Assembly: GCA_002269645.1 (NCBI GenBank)
Contig: NIVC01000293.1
Location: forward strand, 434,001-498,000
DNA from: Macrostomum lignano
Taxonomy: Eukaryota
Reading direction: 5' to 3'
Length of the DNA: 64,000 nt
Shown here in pieces: positions 30,943-45,289 of the stretch (position 1 is the first letter of the stretch; each line of letters opens with the position of its first letter). The translations under genes and the position numbers were made by a program. Under the pieces are notes generated by a model, which had not been told where the DNA came from, did not search any database, and saw nothing but the letters and a program-made list of their open reading frames with translations.

Positions 30943-33900
30943 TCACAACCAAGCTACAACAACAGTCACATTATCGGTTGACCCGGCAGCCACAGCCATA
31001 TCAATCAGAGCATTAGCAGCTGCAGCTTCGCTCTTAGTTGAGTCATCAGCTTGCATAGCAACTAGCGCGGCGGCTGCATCGTTAGGCGCCACAGCGTCCC
31101 ACAGCCCATCGCTAGCCAGCACTACGCAGACATCTTTACTTCCGTCTGCATCTTCGCTGAGTTTCAATTGCCGATGCACGACTTCCGGTTCAGGTGTTGA
31201 TCCTGTAACTCCGCGATCGCCCAGACTGCGAGTGACAGCCAGCACGCCATTCAGTCTTGGCGGGTTGCCGTCCATCACGAAGCCGCCAGCAGATTCCACT
31301 CGGCTACGCTCAGCCGGGATGCTGGGCCTATGCGGCGGCGCTGTCAGCTGGGTTGCTAGGCCGTTGCTATGCACTAGCCAGGCTTCCGAGTCGCCAGCCC
31401 AGGCTACAGTTAACTGATCACCGGATATGATGCACACCTGATTTTAAGAGTGAAGACATTATACTTAGATGTTTAATCCGCTACCAGCAGTTAGGGATCC
31501 CAACTTAGGATGCAACATTTCAAACAGAAAAGGATTTGCGGGGATATTTGGGATTATATAACCATTTGTATGGATATCTGAGATTACGTAGGGACGCTTG
31601 GCATTATATAGGGATTTTTAGGGATATCTGGGATTACATACGGATTTTGGGGGACATTTGGGATTAGATAGGGATTTGTAGGGATGTTTGGAAGTAGATG
31701 GGATGGGATATTTGGGGTTAGATAGGGATTCTTAGGATATTTGGGATTAGATACGGATTTGTAGGGATATTTGGGATTAGATACGGATTTGTAGGGATTT
31801 TTGGGATTAGGATGGATATCGGGGATAAGATAGGGATTGTAGGGATATTTGGGATTAGATACGGATTTTTAGGGATTTTTGGGATTAGGATGGATATCGG
31901 GGATAAGATAGGGATTGTAGGGATATTTGGGATTAGATAGGAATTTGTGAGGACATTTGAGATTAGGGGATTTGTAGAATATAATTAGGATTAGACAGGG
32001 ATTTGTGGGGATATTTGGGATTAGATACGGATTTGTAGGGATATTTGGGATTAGATAGGGAATTGTAGGGATATTTGGGATCAGGATGAATATCGGGATA
32101 TCGGAGATTACCATAAGAAAAACACTGAAGTATTTCCCCACAGTTGGGACACAAATAAAATTTTCATGCCCCTAACAAACCGTGCAAGTGGCTCCGCCCG
32201 ATGCTCCGCATTGGCTAGCGGCTTCGCCCAATTTCGCGTCGGCATCGACAAACGTTCGACGAAGTCTTTCAACCAATTCTGACTTGCTATCAGAGTCGCT
32301 ATGAGAAGAATAAGACAGGAACAATGGCAGCAGATAGGAAGCGGCCAAGTCGGCTCCGTCGCTGCCGCCGTGACCGTCCAGAACGGCCAAGAAATTCGCC
32401 TGGCTATTGGCGTCCGGCGAGAATGCCGACACCAATAGGCGATCTTCATTGCGTCGGCCGCGATTTTTTGCGCTTGCCTGTTTGTTTGACGAGTTTGAGA
32501 GACTTTTCTTTCATAATTTAATCTCTAGTCCAATTCTTATGCTTGTTTGGGATACTGTCTGAACCTCTGTTCTACCCCAGTTTGATCATCTGTTCTACCC
32601 CAATTCGATCATCTGTTCTACCCCAATTTGATCATCTGTTCTACCCCAATTTGATCACCTGTTCTACCCCAATTCGATACTCTGTTCTACCCCAATTTGA
32701 TCATCTGTTCTACCCCAATTTGATCATCTGTTCTACCCCAATTTGATCACCTGTTCTACCCCAATTCGATACTCTGTTCTACCCCAATTCGATACTCTGT
32801 TCTACCCCAATTCGATACTCTGTTCTACCCCAATTCGATACTCTGTTCTACCCCAATTTGATCATCTGTTCTACCCCAATTTGATCATCTGTTCTACCCC
32901 AATTCGATCATCTGTTCTACCCCAATTTGATCATCTGTTCTACCCCAATTTGATCATCTGTTCTAACCCAATTTGATCCTCTGTTCTACCCCAATTCGAT
33001 CATCTGTTCTACCCCAATTTGATCATCTGTTCTACCCCAATTCGATACTCTGTTCTACCCCAATTTGATCATCTGTTCTACCCCAATTTGATCATCTGTT
33101 CTACCCCAATTCGATACTCTGTTCTACCCCAATTTGATCATCTGTTCTACCCCAATTTGATCACCTGTTCTACCCCAATTCGATCATCTGTTCTACCCCA
33201 ATTTGATCATCTGTTCTACCCCAATTCGATACTCTGTTCTACCCCAATTTGATCACCTGTTCTACCCCAATTTGATCATCTGTTCTACCCCAATTTGATC
33301 ATCTGTTCTACCCCAATTCGATACTCTGTTCTACCCCAATTCGATACTCTGTTCTACCCCAATTTGATCATCTGTTCTACCCTATTTTGGTCATCTGTTG
33401 TACCCCGATTTGATCATCTGTTTTCCCCATTTTAATATGTTATCGATCATAGATCCATTCTATATTTTTCCATATCCAATCGCTTGTTTACAGATATTCT
33501 GTTCTACAGCTCTCTAATTAATAATTACCAACGCACAAAACCGAAGGCTCACATGAGACACAAGCCAAGCGCAGCCACGCCTAACCACTGTTGGCGCATC
33601 AACACTATCATGTCTGGGCGTTGCCTTATCGCCATTATCATCATCATTGCTACTAATGTTTCTTTCTTCCATGTCTCCAAGGCAACTGCGTAATTTCTCT
33701 TTGGCATCACAGTCAGCCAGCTCGCGAACAACTTCGCCAACTAATCTCTGAACAGCTCGATACTCAGGCTTAGCAGTTTCATTTTCTTGGCTAATAAAGC
33801 GATTAGTGAACTGAGATCCAAGCAAATATTGCATTAGCTTAGCTTGAGCTCTCCAACCCATTGTTAAATCATTATTGGCATCGGATTGCACTACTTGCAA

Positions 33901-34068
33901 TAGGTAAGGCGTCAATAAGTCTAGAATTTGTTTAGCAAAATAGCATTGAGCAGAATGAGCATCGGCGAAGCATTGAAATGGAGGTCGAGACACTGCAGAT
34001 GGATCAGCAAGAGATTCAACTGCCTGTTGGGCTGCTGAGACAATCAACTCTGATGGACAGCTTGACAT
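30943..34068 (-). CDS. PP2C/PPM-family phosphatase, PPM1E/F-like; exons 34068-33553, 32477-32181, 31437-30943; ~435 aa
   Basis: WLVSH|ASAKNRGRRNEDR, AVLDGHGG, VAWAGDS, HRP..ERSRVE.AGG, LAVTRSLGD, LASDGLWD, STDNVTV. Both introns are GT-AG and phase 0. Confidence 0.9.
31545..32100. repeat. Degenerate ~30-bp minisatellite (GGATATTTGGGATTAGATACGGATTTGTAG)n
   Basis: Direct reading; fills PP2C intron 2. Confidence 0.92.
32560..33430. repeat. 23-bp minisatellite (TCTGTTCTACCCCAATTTGATCA)n, ~37 copies
   Basis: Direct reading; fills PP2C intron 1. Confidence 0.95.
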
Positions 34069-34171
34069 GTTTTCTTGGGTTCAGTGTTTTGATTTTTCTA
34101 TAATTTGGCTGCAATAGTTAAATAATATTCTTTAAATGCAAGAGAAAAATAAAAGACTTAATTTATGAAGA

Positions 34172-34445
34172 GAGCCATAACCTAGTGGTCTAGAGGAGTG
34201 CTCTAATGTGCCAGCAGCCTAGACTCAATTCCCAAGTGCAGTCGTGTTAATTGAGGCTAAATTGGAATCTCATCTTGGGTCTGCTTGTGTAATTACTGCC
34301 CTTGAGGGTCAACCCACTCAAGGCACAATGAAGTGTACACTCTTGTGTGTCTGCTTAGGGGTGTTGACAGAGTAGGCAGTAATGCCTCTCACTGGCAATG
34401 AAACAATGCTGCTTTAAGTGCACTAGGGTATAACTATCTTTTGTA
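34172..34445 (+). mobile_element. Possible degenerate tRNA-derived SINE
   Basis: A-box-like TAACCTAGTGGTCTA and weak B-box-like GACTCAATTCCC; AT-rich flanks. Confidence 0.35.
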
Positions 34446-36259
34446 TCTTAAACAAGCAAACACATTTAATATTTGTTCAATTTCATATATATTTTGCATT
34501 AACTAATCTGTAGCCTAGAATCTCCAACTAATAATACTAAAAATGAAAACTTCGCCAACTAAAACTAGGAAAACAAAAAATATTATTTACTTCACAAAAC
34601 ATATGCTTAGCTTGGCTTGTTAATAAATGATTATTGAGACTAAAATAAGTAAATATGCTTTAAAAATAAAAGTACATTGTGGCAACCTAATCAGTGTGCA
34701 GCCAGTTTAGAAGGTGCACTTGCACTAAAACTAAAGTATTTGACCTACTATATTGGGATAGGTGCACTCAGTCTAACATAGTTTGCTTAGCTAGAGGTTG
34801 GCTTTTCTTATGCCACTATTTTGCATACCATTTTAAAAGGCCAGTAAACCATGCAATATTCTATAATATATATACTAGCTAAAGTAATCACCAAGGTTGC
34901 ATAACTAAGTAAAGTAAACTAACTAAACTAACTAACTAAATCCAACTAAAGTGCTTTACTAATAGGTAAATTATGAGGAGCATGTCTATATGATGGCTAT
35001 AATAGAGGTCTACCTAGAAAAAGCAGATATCTTCATTAGCATTAGCCTATCCATATCAACAATCACTTGCCACTTTGGAGAAATAGCCATTGATATTATG
35101 TGTAGTCAACACATAAGAAACACTTAAGATGCTAAATTGTCATCTTCTTCCATAGCTTTATATTTTTAATTATAATCTATAACCATTATTTAATATTTAT
35201 AACATTTTTAAATATTTTTAATTATTAAAATACCTTCAAAATATTGATTTTTTAATTAAAAATTGGATTAAGTAGAAATATTTATTAAAACAAGGCATGA
35301 AAATGTGATCCTAATAATGTCCATTCCATCTAATCTAATTTAAATATACTAGATCTCTAATCTATGTCTGTCTGTCTGTCTGTAAAACGCTCTACAGACT
35401 GCAATTCTTGACCAATTTTGATCGCGTTTTCACCAAAAAGTTGCAACTCAACCAAGGATTGTATGGTTAACATTTCTTTTATCTGCTTCAATTCTAAAGG
35501 TCTTAAATATTCAAAAAACTGTATTTTCCCTATCTAATTAGTGTATTTTTCTCGCAGTGAGAGCTTGAAAAATAATAATACATCTATGGCCATAGACTAC
35601 GAGCTATAAATAATTAAATTATTTGCAAGCTTCAGAGTATGCACGAGAAAGATAAAAATATATTAAATTAATTTTCATTTATTTGTACCCCCTTGTGCCT
35701 GGACTAATCGAACATTTTTGATTAAAAGCAACTATTTTTTATTAATTAGTAATAATTAGCTTTGACTATCAGTTATCCCATCAATTGTTATTGCCTAAGG
35801 TCTAAGAAATTGCTAAAATGCAGACGATGTTGCTAAACTGCTGAAAGTATTGCTAAAAGCTGTGTTGTGCAAAAGATTGCAAAGTTGAAAAACGAAAAAC
35901 TGCTGAGGTAGTTCCTCCAGACTTATAAGTGTATAGCTGCAAACTGCCGATGGGATAACTATCTACAGAGTTTTAGTGGATAATAACTGTGAATGATTAA
36001 TTGCAAGTTTATTGAGGGGATAACTGTATTCTGCTGAGTGAATTATTGTAGTTTGCTGATGTTAATGAAAGTTGTAGATGGCAAAGTGGATATCTGCAGG
36101 CTGTTAATAGTAAGACTGCATTCTGTTTTGTGGGATTAGAAGAGAAGCTACAAGCTACAAGAATTACTGAATTACTGTAGACAAGCAATAACAGGCATAG
36201 GCTAAGCAGATGGTTGGCAGTTGGAGTCTGCATTGAAGCAGCAAATTTATCTGGCTTAC

Positions 36260-36915
36260 TGGGGGAATTGTTGAGATGTCAAGGCTTACTGGGGTAATTG
36301 CTACAATCTCGAGGCTTACTGGACTGGGAGAATTGCGTAGATGCCAAGGCTCGAGTATAATTGCTGCGATGTCAAGGCTTACTGAGGGGATTTCTGAGAT
36401 GTCAAGGCTTAATGGGGTAATTGCTACGATGTCGAGGCTTACTGGGGAAATTTCTGAGATGTCAAGGCTTACTGGGGAAATTGCTGAGATTTCATCAAGG
36501 CTTATGGCATATTGAGCTCCTGCTGTGGACCAGAAAATGCCCAGGCCAATGACGATATGCCCTAAGAGTTTGTGCTTGAAAGGATAAGTACTATTTGCTG
36601 AATGAGAAAGGGTTTTGGGCTGATGAAGGAAACTTTGGCTGGTGAAGGTTTTGATTCATGGCAACTGGGGGAATTGTTGAGTTGTCAAGGCTTACTGGGG
36701 GAATTGCTGAGATTTCAAAGCTTGCTGGGGGGAATTGCTGAGATGTCAAGGCTTACTGGGAGGAATTGCTGAGTTGTCAAGGCTTACTGGGGGAATTGCT
36801 GAGACTTCAAGGCTTACTCGGGGAATTGCTAAGATTTCAAGGCTTGCTGGGGGGAATTGCTGAGATGTCAAGGCTTACTGGGGGAATCACTGAGATGTCA
36901 AGGCTTACTGGGGGT
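36260..36915. repeat. Degenerate 30-bp minisatellite (GAGATGTCAAGGCTTACTGGGGGAATTGCT)n in two blocks
   Basis: Direct reading. Confidence 0.9.
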
Positions 36916-37419
36916 AAGGTTATTACTCATAGGCCAAAATAAAAACCATTTGGCGTCATTCTTGCATCCCCCAATGGGGGGCTTAAATTGCTATCCATAT
37001 ACTAAAAATGAGTTGCTTGTTTGTGTGAAATTGATTATCTCCCAAAAAGCTCAACCAATTTTGTTCGAATTTGCACTGTTCAATCAGAAATTTTTCTGTG
37101 ACGGTACGTGCATCGTGGCTAAGAAATTGCTTTGCTTGATGCTAAAGGGATTAAATATTCGAAAAACATGCTTTTTTGCAAAGGTCAATCAGCTCTTTCG
37201 ACTTGAAATGCATTGTAAGAATGCTAGAGAAAAGACTGACTGGTTGAATTCTGATTCTGAAATAGATTGCATCATAACTGAATTGTAACTCTAACTTGAA
37301 TTGTGTCATAGTATTGAAAATGCAGTGTGGAAGCGTAGTACCAGACACTGCAATCGCGTAACACTGCAATCAGCAGTCAATTGTACAACCGGGTTCATTA
37401 CATTACATTACATTATCTA

Positions 37420-38044
37420 CAGAGTGCCCTATCGATACCCAATCAATAACACCCTAGACTGCCTGGAAGTATCGGCTGATCTCCCAGAGTACATCGCGAA
37501 GCACCAGCGCAGACTGGCCGAGACAGAGAGAATCGTACGACAATGCCTGCACACCAAAATCTAACGCCGAGAGGAGTATTACGAGAATCAACCAAAGCCA
37601 GTGGAGTTGCAGCCCGGCAACCTGGTCTGCCTGGCCAACCCAAAGCTTGAACTGGGAGAGCTACCCAAATTCCACTGGCCGTACAAAAGTATGTACAAAG
37701 TTGACCGCAAAGTGGGAGAAGTGGCATATTGGATTAGACCGGCTACAGCCCGACGAGGACGCCTAGCTGAGATGTTGGTACATCAAAACAACATCAAGGT
37801 TCCGCAGATGATGGCGGACCATCCGCAGGAACCGCCGCGCCAAACTGAGCGGCCAATGCTGCCCCACAAATCTAGCAAAGACAATGAAGCCGAATCTGTC
37901 GAACAGCCCACTCCGGAACAACAGCCTGCAGCGCAACCTGACCTGCAAGGCAGCCAGCTATTTGAGCCGAGCTTGCGCCACCCGGAGGTGCTTGCTGAAG
38001 ATGACCTGGAGTTGCCAGACATCGGCATGGAAGTGGAACTCTAA
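37420..38044 (+). pseudogene. Gypsy-like LTR retrotransposon integrase C-terminal remnant
   Basis: Frame reads PYRYPINNTLD...HTKI*RREEYYE..VELQPGNLVCL..KLELGELPKFHWPYKSMYKV..KVGEVAYWI..LVHQNNIK, which resembles the GPY/F module. One in-frame TAA at 37562-37564. Confidence 0.7.
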
Positions 38045-41000
38045 AGGTATTTATCAGCGATTTCATATTGCGCCTAGTAATTTTGCTATTGTTGCGCATT
38101 ACTATAAGTAGTCAAATTTGTGAGCGCGTACTAAGCTTAAAGTTGCGGCTGTAAACCTTCTCTTGCACCTGCTAATGTGCTGAAGGTAATTTCAATTTCT
38201 CTCTCCTTATGCTTTCCGGGTAAAAGCAGAATTTTTCAATGTACTTTCAATGTGACCTTATGCTTGAGGGTAAAAGCAAGTCTCTCTCCTTATGCTTTCT
38301 GGACAAAAGCAGAATTTTTCAATGTACTTTCAATGTGACCTTATGCCTGAGGGATAAAGGCAGTATTTTTCCTGTCATCTCCTTATGCTTTCAGGACAAA
38401 AGCAAAGTTTATCTCCCAATTGTCTGTTTCCTTATGCTTGAAGGAGAAAAGCAAGTGTAAATTTTGGCGCTCATGTTTAGCCAACGCAACCCGCACCTCT
38501 GATATTTTAATATTTAGCCTTAGGCTTGATAAAAGCCTGCACCAACGCGACAATATTTATCCTCATGCGATACAATTGCTCAATTGCGTTTCATTAATCT
38601 TTGTGAATCCCCCAATCAATTGTAAGCTTTTCCTCGCATGCGATCAAAGTGCAGAAAGTCTCTTTTCTTTTATTATGCTTTTAGAAAAGCAACCAATCTC
38701 TGCTAACCTGTTAGTTTCAGTCGCAATCACAAACTGAAGGTGTCTTTTTAATTCCGCAAACCTCTGCTATTCTATTCCAGTTTTGCCCCGCTCAGGTCAA
38801 GGGTCCGAGCTCTTAGCCTTGTCTTCTGCGAAGGGGCATCTGAGGTGAACCGACCCCCATGTTTATCCTTTGTTAGCCTGGGAAAATTTGTCAGAGCCCT
38901 AGTTTGGCTCAGTTCCCAGTGCCTTTTCTGCCCCCTTTTTCCGCTGTAACTCCTATGGAGGCCCCCTTTGATAACTCAGTCATCCCGCCATTATCTGTTG
39001 TGCCTACAACTTTAGCAAGGAGCCACACTTGCATTTTACTATTATTACTATTATTAATTTTCAAGCTAATGTTATACAAAGCTCTGTTTTCCAGCCACAA
39101 ACCCGTTTAATATAAGCCATTTAGGCACCCTTTTCTAAATCAATAAGGCGCCTCTGTTTAGCCCGAGAAAGGAGGCTCCCGACCCCTGCCTCACAGTTTA
39201 AAAGTTTTATTGCTCTGCACTTTATTCCCCTACCTCACCTCTATGCGTGCCTGCCATAGAGTACATCGATGGCCTTTTCCCAATGGTTGGACAGCCTTGT
39301 CCACCGGATGGCCAGCCGGAGGTATTAAATTGTAAATTTTACTTGTGCCCCAAATTTTCAAGCTCTGCGCCTAAGTTTATTTTGGCAAAATTTTTTTTGC
39401 AATTTTATCGAGCTTTATTGTCAACAACTGAGACTGCTCCTGCGATCAATGGCAAATAATACGACTGCCGGCGGTGCCACGTGTTCGTCGACTAACTCTA
39501 GTGTTCCGTCGACACAAACTCCATGGCTCCGCCCTGGCAAGGCCGAGGCTTTGCGAGTCAGCGCGGCCACAGTTTCCGGCACCCTGTTAGCGAGGCCCTG
39601 GCTAAGGCAAGAATTAGAAGAAGCATTTCGCCAAGCCTCCCACAGAGGCCAAATCTGTGTCAACGAGCCGTGGCGAACGCTATGCCGGTGGATGCCATCA
39701 ACATCCACACGCAATCTACTGGATGATCAACTACGCGAGGCCGAATGTTATTTTGAGCTGCATGGAGGGCAACCCCAGCCGGCGTTGGCCCTCTTCCTGG
39801 CAATCGCCTACTGGGAGCGGCCATCTGCAAGATGGATGGGACCTGCGTTTGCCATCCTTTTGGGACAAGGCAGTGGAGTGGCGCGCCGAACGATTATATT
39901 TCGATGGGCAGCAAATCTACGTTCTGGAGCTGCCCCATGACACCCTGCCAGCCACGCCCACTGACAAGCAGGGCAACATCAGTAATGGCCAGACAGCCCC
40001 TACCCGAGCCGGGGGATGGCAAGGACCGGCCAGCCGCCGCGGCCAGGCGCCCTGACGACTGGAATGGCCATTGTCTTCACCAAGCGCATGGCGCACCTAT
40101 ACATATGGTAGGTGGGACTACCACTTAGTAAACGGCTATTGCGAAATTTTTCATAATTCAATGGACTGATTTATATCACTGCCACCCGTTGCCCCAGCTG
40201 TTGTCCCCACTCGTTGCCCCTTCTGTTGGTCTTGTTTTTTCCACCTTTGGCCCCTCCCATTGGTCTTGTTGTCCTTTTTGCCTGGCTCTTTGTTTTTCTA
40301 TGCTGATCCTGTTGGTCGTTTTTGTCCACTGTTTGCCCCATCTGTTGCCCCACCGGTTGCCCCATTGCCTGCCCGGTTGTCCCATCCCCTGCCCCACTCA
40401 ATCTACATTACTATTTAAATAAGTGTTTTATATGACAATCATGCATGTTTTTTTCATTTTCCCTTTTGTTGCAATTCTTGGTTTTGGTTTCTCTTTTGTG
40501 TTTGCCCACTACTTTTTGTGCAGTTAATTTCTTCTATTTTACGAGTGTTTAGTTTTATTTTGTGAAGTTTATACAGTTTGTGTTTCTCGATTGTTAGTCT
40601 AGTTCATTTTTAGTTTATCATCCGCACTCCTAGCACTAGTGCATTTCATCATCATCATTAACAATAATCCTCGCCATCTTGGTTCAATAACTAGTTTGAC
40701 TTATTATTCCACTTAATTAACTATCTTGTGCGTTAGGAATAAAAGACAATTGACAATAGTTTTCCTTAAGTTTTCGTTAATTGACTGAAGCCTTCGTAGT
40801 TTATCTTGAGTAATTTGCTCGTGGGGCATAAAACAACCAAATATCTCAACTCCAAAATGAGCTCTGAGATCTCAACGTTCCGTAATATGCCAAATTATGG
40901 TGGTGGCAGCAACTACCCTACTGACAGTAATCAGTCAAGCAGTTTGACGCATTAAATATACGGAGTCTGAATCTCCGGAATTTTTACATCTGAACGACCA

Positions 41001-42573
41001 TCCCGCTCTTCGACCGCTCCGCTGCGATTGCAACTACCTTCCCCCCGGACTTGAGAACCTGGCTGTTGGAGTAAAAGCAGAAGAAATCCTCTGTGATTCG
41101 TCTGCGCGATTTTTCAGACTTATTTCGTTTGAACTCAACGCTGTTTGGTTTAAAAAAAAACCCAACTTTTCAAACTTACCAACTTTCAAATATTAAATTC
41201 TTCTCCACCCCCACTTCAATATATATATATATGTATATGCATGTAATTTCAAAACCAATAAAGTGCATAATGTATTAAAAGCACAATTGTTTTGCTGATT
41301 TGAATTCAACTTTGACTTCATTTGTAAAGCAAAATTACATGATGTAACTGACCAATTAGCTAGGTTTTCAATTAGAAAGTGGACGTTGTAAGAACATATA
41401 GTGATGTACATATTTAAGAATATTCTTAAAACTAGGCCTACTCACTGTTTAAAGTGAAGAAATAAGATAAAAAATCTATAGGCCCCTATCTGAAGTACTC
41501 GGATAAAAAAACATGCTAAAATTTCTAAGTCACCCATGTAGGTACTTAGATGACATTGTTGACTTACCAAGTTCTTAACAATGGTTTGTTTTTTCTTAGG
41601 TTTTTCTTTTACTAGGCCTAAGCCTAGTATTAGGCCTTATTTTTGAACATAAGAGTGGACTGACTATTCTGTGTTACAAAAGTACAACAAAAGGCAATAA
41701 AAAAATTTACAATTTTAGTAATTTTGAGCACTAAATTTTTAGTTGTATAGTAATTAAATAGTATTAAAATTCAAATATATAAAGTTCTAATAAATTATAT
41801 CACATTATTTGATGAAGTGGTCAATTGCTTTTGCCAAATGGATTCTCTGAAATGGTCTTTCGCCAAAGTGGCCTTCGCCGAAATCGACTGAAACCATGCA
41901 GTTGCAGCTGCACTTCTGCAGGCTGCAGGCCCACACAGAAATGGATGGTATGGGGGCCCACTTGCCTAGGGCCGCAGGTTAAGGACCCCTTCATCCCTGC
42001 TCTAAACTAGCCCTAGCTTAGCTAGAGACTTGGGTCTAGGCTAGGCCTAGTCATTAGGTAGTTTATGAGACCCAAAATTCATGAAGTTTTGTAGTCTGGA
42101 CGATCTGGACCAAGAAATGAGAAAAAATCGCTGACTAAGTATTTTTAACATAGGCCTAGCTAGCCATTTATAAGCCTTGTTGCCTAATTTGCCCTAGGGC
42201 CAAGCTTAGGTCTATCTGGCTACTGTACTAACATAATGTACATTCAAAATTTTAAATTTCATAGGCGACGCGCATATACACAGCTCATCAAGTCCAGGCA
42301 TGTCCGTGATTTCCCAAGCTTAAACTAACTAGTCTTAAATTTAAAAATCAAAACAAACTTTTCCATATTACAAATTTAAAACTGTTTTTTTAAAGAAAGT
42401 CTGTTTGTAAGTGGCAAAATATTAAAACAACTTAAGCTTGCAATTAAAAAACTATCGCCTTTGCTTTAAACTGTTTTCTTCGAAAGAAGCTTTTTTCTAA
42501 GAATAACAACTTTTTAAAAAGAAATAGTAATAGAAACGTAACTTATAAAATCAATGTTTATTCCTTTTTGCAT

Positions 42574-42746
42574 CAGGGGCGTAGGGAGGGGAGATAGGGG
42601 GATGTATTCCCCCAAAGAGCCTGACCAAAACTTTTTTGTTGCCCTATGTTGCTTTACATGTTACCAGGTGGTGACTTTGTCATAGCACTTTTATCTTGGA
42701 CTTGGTGTATCCCCCCCTCCAAAGAAAATTCCTGGCTACGCCCCTG
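42574..42746. mobile_element. hAT-type MITE (173 bp)
   Basis: TIRs CAGGGGCGTAG / CTACGCCCCTG with a perfect 8-bp TSD TTTTGCAT (42566-42573 and 42747-42754). Confidence 0.88.
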
Positions 42747-44119
42747 TTTTGCATCTTACATCACAATTATTTAAATATTTATCTCATTTATGCTTATTTC
42801 TTGTGTTAGTACTGGCAGTGGTTTGCAGTTAATGTTATTTTTCTTCGGGCCTATCCCATTATGCATTAGGCATTAGGCATTAGCTAGTAGAAGTAGGTCT
42901 AGGCCTATCGTCTATGACTATGACTACTTGACTATTTTATGTTTCGAATAGTTTAGTCTCAGAGATAGCAGACCTGTACCAGCTACCAGTTGAATAAATA
43001 AATATGTTAGACCCACAGAAAAATTACTTTAATTGCACATAGACCTGAGGGATACTAGCCAACTAGGCCTAGGCCTACTTTATTTTATTTTAAAATTGGC
43101 TTTACTATAATTTTTAGATATTAATTATTCTTTCTAATCTAAAGCCTACTTTTAGAAAAGTGTAGGCCAATAGCCCTATACTAGGCCAGGTTCTAACCTC
43201 TATTTCCTATAATAATCCTAATCTATAATAATTTGTTTAGCATAGGCCTATTAGGGTTAGATGCTTGTGCCAAAGTCAAGAAAGTGGTAGATTTTTGTTT
43301 GTATGCCTAGTTTATATGCCAATACAAAATTTGTCATTTGACACAATGTATCTACTGTGTCATGTATGCTAGGATATTCCCTAATGTATGTTGAAACATG
43401 GTAAGACCCTTGTTTTGCACCATGATTTCTGGTTGTCCATGTCATCTTGACATCTTCTGAACTATAGCTAGGCCTAACCTAAGCCTACCAAAGTAAAATT
43501 TATCTAAAATTAATAGACATATGCCTTATTCTAATGCATTGTATGCAAAAAGTAAGGCATAAAAAAATAATGAGGAAGAGCTTCTTGTAATACAGTATGA
43601 ATGCTTTAAAATCCTATTTGTGTTACATTTATTTCTTAGAAAGACCATTATTTGAATTCTCGCAAAAATGCTAATATTTTTGTTTTAATGTTGTGAACGC
43701 AATTAATATTGTACGAAACCAATTTTGTTTTAAATGCATGGGCAAAACGGTATAAATAGAAGCTCCAAGCGGGCCAAGAGAGCAACTGTCCGCCACTTGT
43801 CAATTAATATTGAGCAAGCTAAATCTTAGAAGCAATCATTTGAAAATTGACTTGTTCATTTCTTAGAGTATAAACCCCAAATCGGGAGTAGTATTAAGAT
43901 CCACTAAGAGCGAGAATTTGCCTCAGGGCAGTAATAGTAAATTCGCCTCAGGGCAGGAGAACCACCTCAGAGCGAGGGAAAGATCGCTTTAGGGCAGGGA
44001 AAACGCATAGAGCTGTGACCCTCTGATCCTGGGAATGCCAGGACTGAGAGAATAATATTTTTAGGGGAAGTATAGGAATAGAATAGACAGTGTCAATAGA
44101 CTGCTCAGGCCAGAAAGTA

Positions 44120-44265
44120 CAATAGAAGTAGATATGCTACCAATAGAAGTACATATGCTACCAATAGAAGTACATATGCTACCAATAGAAGTACATATGC
44201 TACCAATAGAAGTACATATGCTACCAATAGAAGTACATATGCTACCAATAGAAGTATATGCACTA
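44120..44265. repeat. 21-bp minisatellite (CAATAGAAGTACATATGCTAC)n, ~6 copies
   Basis: Direct reading. Confidence 0.93.
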
Positions 44266-45057
44266 CCAGTAGAAAAACAATTAGTAACCAGTAAAATTGT
44301 TAAGGAGAAATAGCTTTATTACAACTTCGGTAACAGCAGTGAGAAATTATTAAGAAGGAAGAACCCCCCCTTATAACAACTTTGGTGACATAATGGTGGG
44401 ATTCTCATAGGGAGTCAAAAGGCCTGTTACAACTTAGTGTCTCAGCGGTGAGATTCTCAGTGTATAGGAATCACCACTGTTACAATAAATATATCATTAT
44501 GTGTGCATGCAAAACTTCAATAATTTTTTTGGCTCTAGTCTAAAGGAGCTTTAATAAATTAATATTATAATAAAGTTACCATTGTCTATTGCTACATTTA
44601 CATCTATAAGTATAATATGCATACTTTTGGGCAAAAAATCTATTGTAGCAGTCCTAAGCCTGCCGAAATGAGGGTGAAAGCAATGATGTCTGCCCACTAG
44701 CAAAATTTGTCTATGGCCCCAAGTGGGCACAAAGAAACTATGTGTATATTTTGAGCTAATATTTGCATTAACATGAGATAAACATTAGATATATAGTCCA
44801 TGACAGTCTTTAGATTTCTCATGCAGCATATCTTCTGACCTTAGTTTGATTGATTAAAGTTAAATGTAAAATTTTCAAACTTGAAATTTCCAAACAGTGA
44901 GCTTGCACTCTGGGAACTACCGACTGCAATAGAGTAGTTGGTAGCAGATCATGTGAATGAGTTCTTAGTCAGCACAACAGAGCTAGTCTAGCAGTTGGTA
45001 GCCAATCTCGTGATTACATCTCTAGTTGATACAACTGACCTGTTTGATCATGCTTGG

Positions 45058-45213
45058 GCGCAACCTTGGGATTCACTCGGCCGTTTCTATTGGCAACACA
45101 CACATGTAAGTCGCTATTGGACGGAATAGTAGTCACGTGACTGCTCTCAGCCAATAGCGACTTACATGTGTGTGTTGCTAATAGAAACGGCCGGGTGATT
45201 CCCAAAGTTGCGC
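45058..45213. repeat. 156-bp inverted repeat (63-bp arms, 4 mismatches) with central AGTCACGTGACT palindrome
   Basis: Arm 45058-45120 is the reverse complement of 45151-45213. Confidence 0.93.
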
Positions 45214-45289
45214 ATGTATGTGTTTGATGCAGTAAAGCTTGTTTCAGACTGGCCTGGAACAGCCAGTCGACAACTAATAGTGTTTGATA

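Noticed and set aside
35365-35480. Helitron/DINE-like non-autonomous element (TCTG microsatellite plus ACCAATTTTGATC), with similar segments at ~29300-29460 and ~36960-37100
   Set aside because: Resemblance is weak and I could not define termini or a 3' hairpin.
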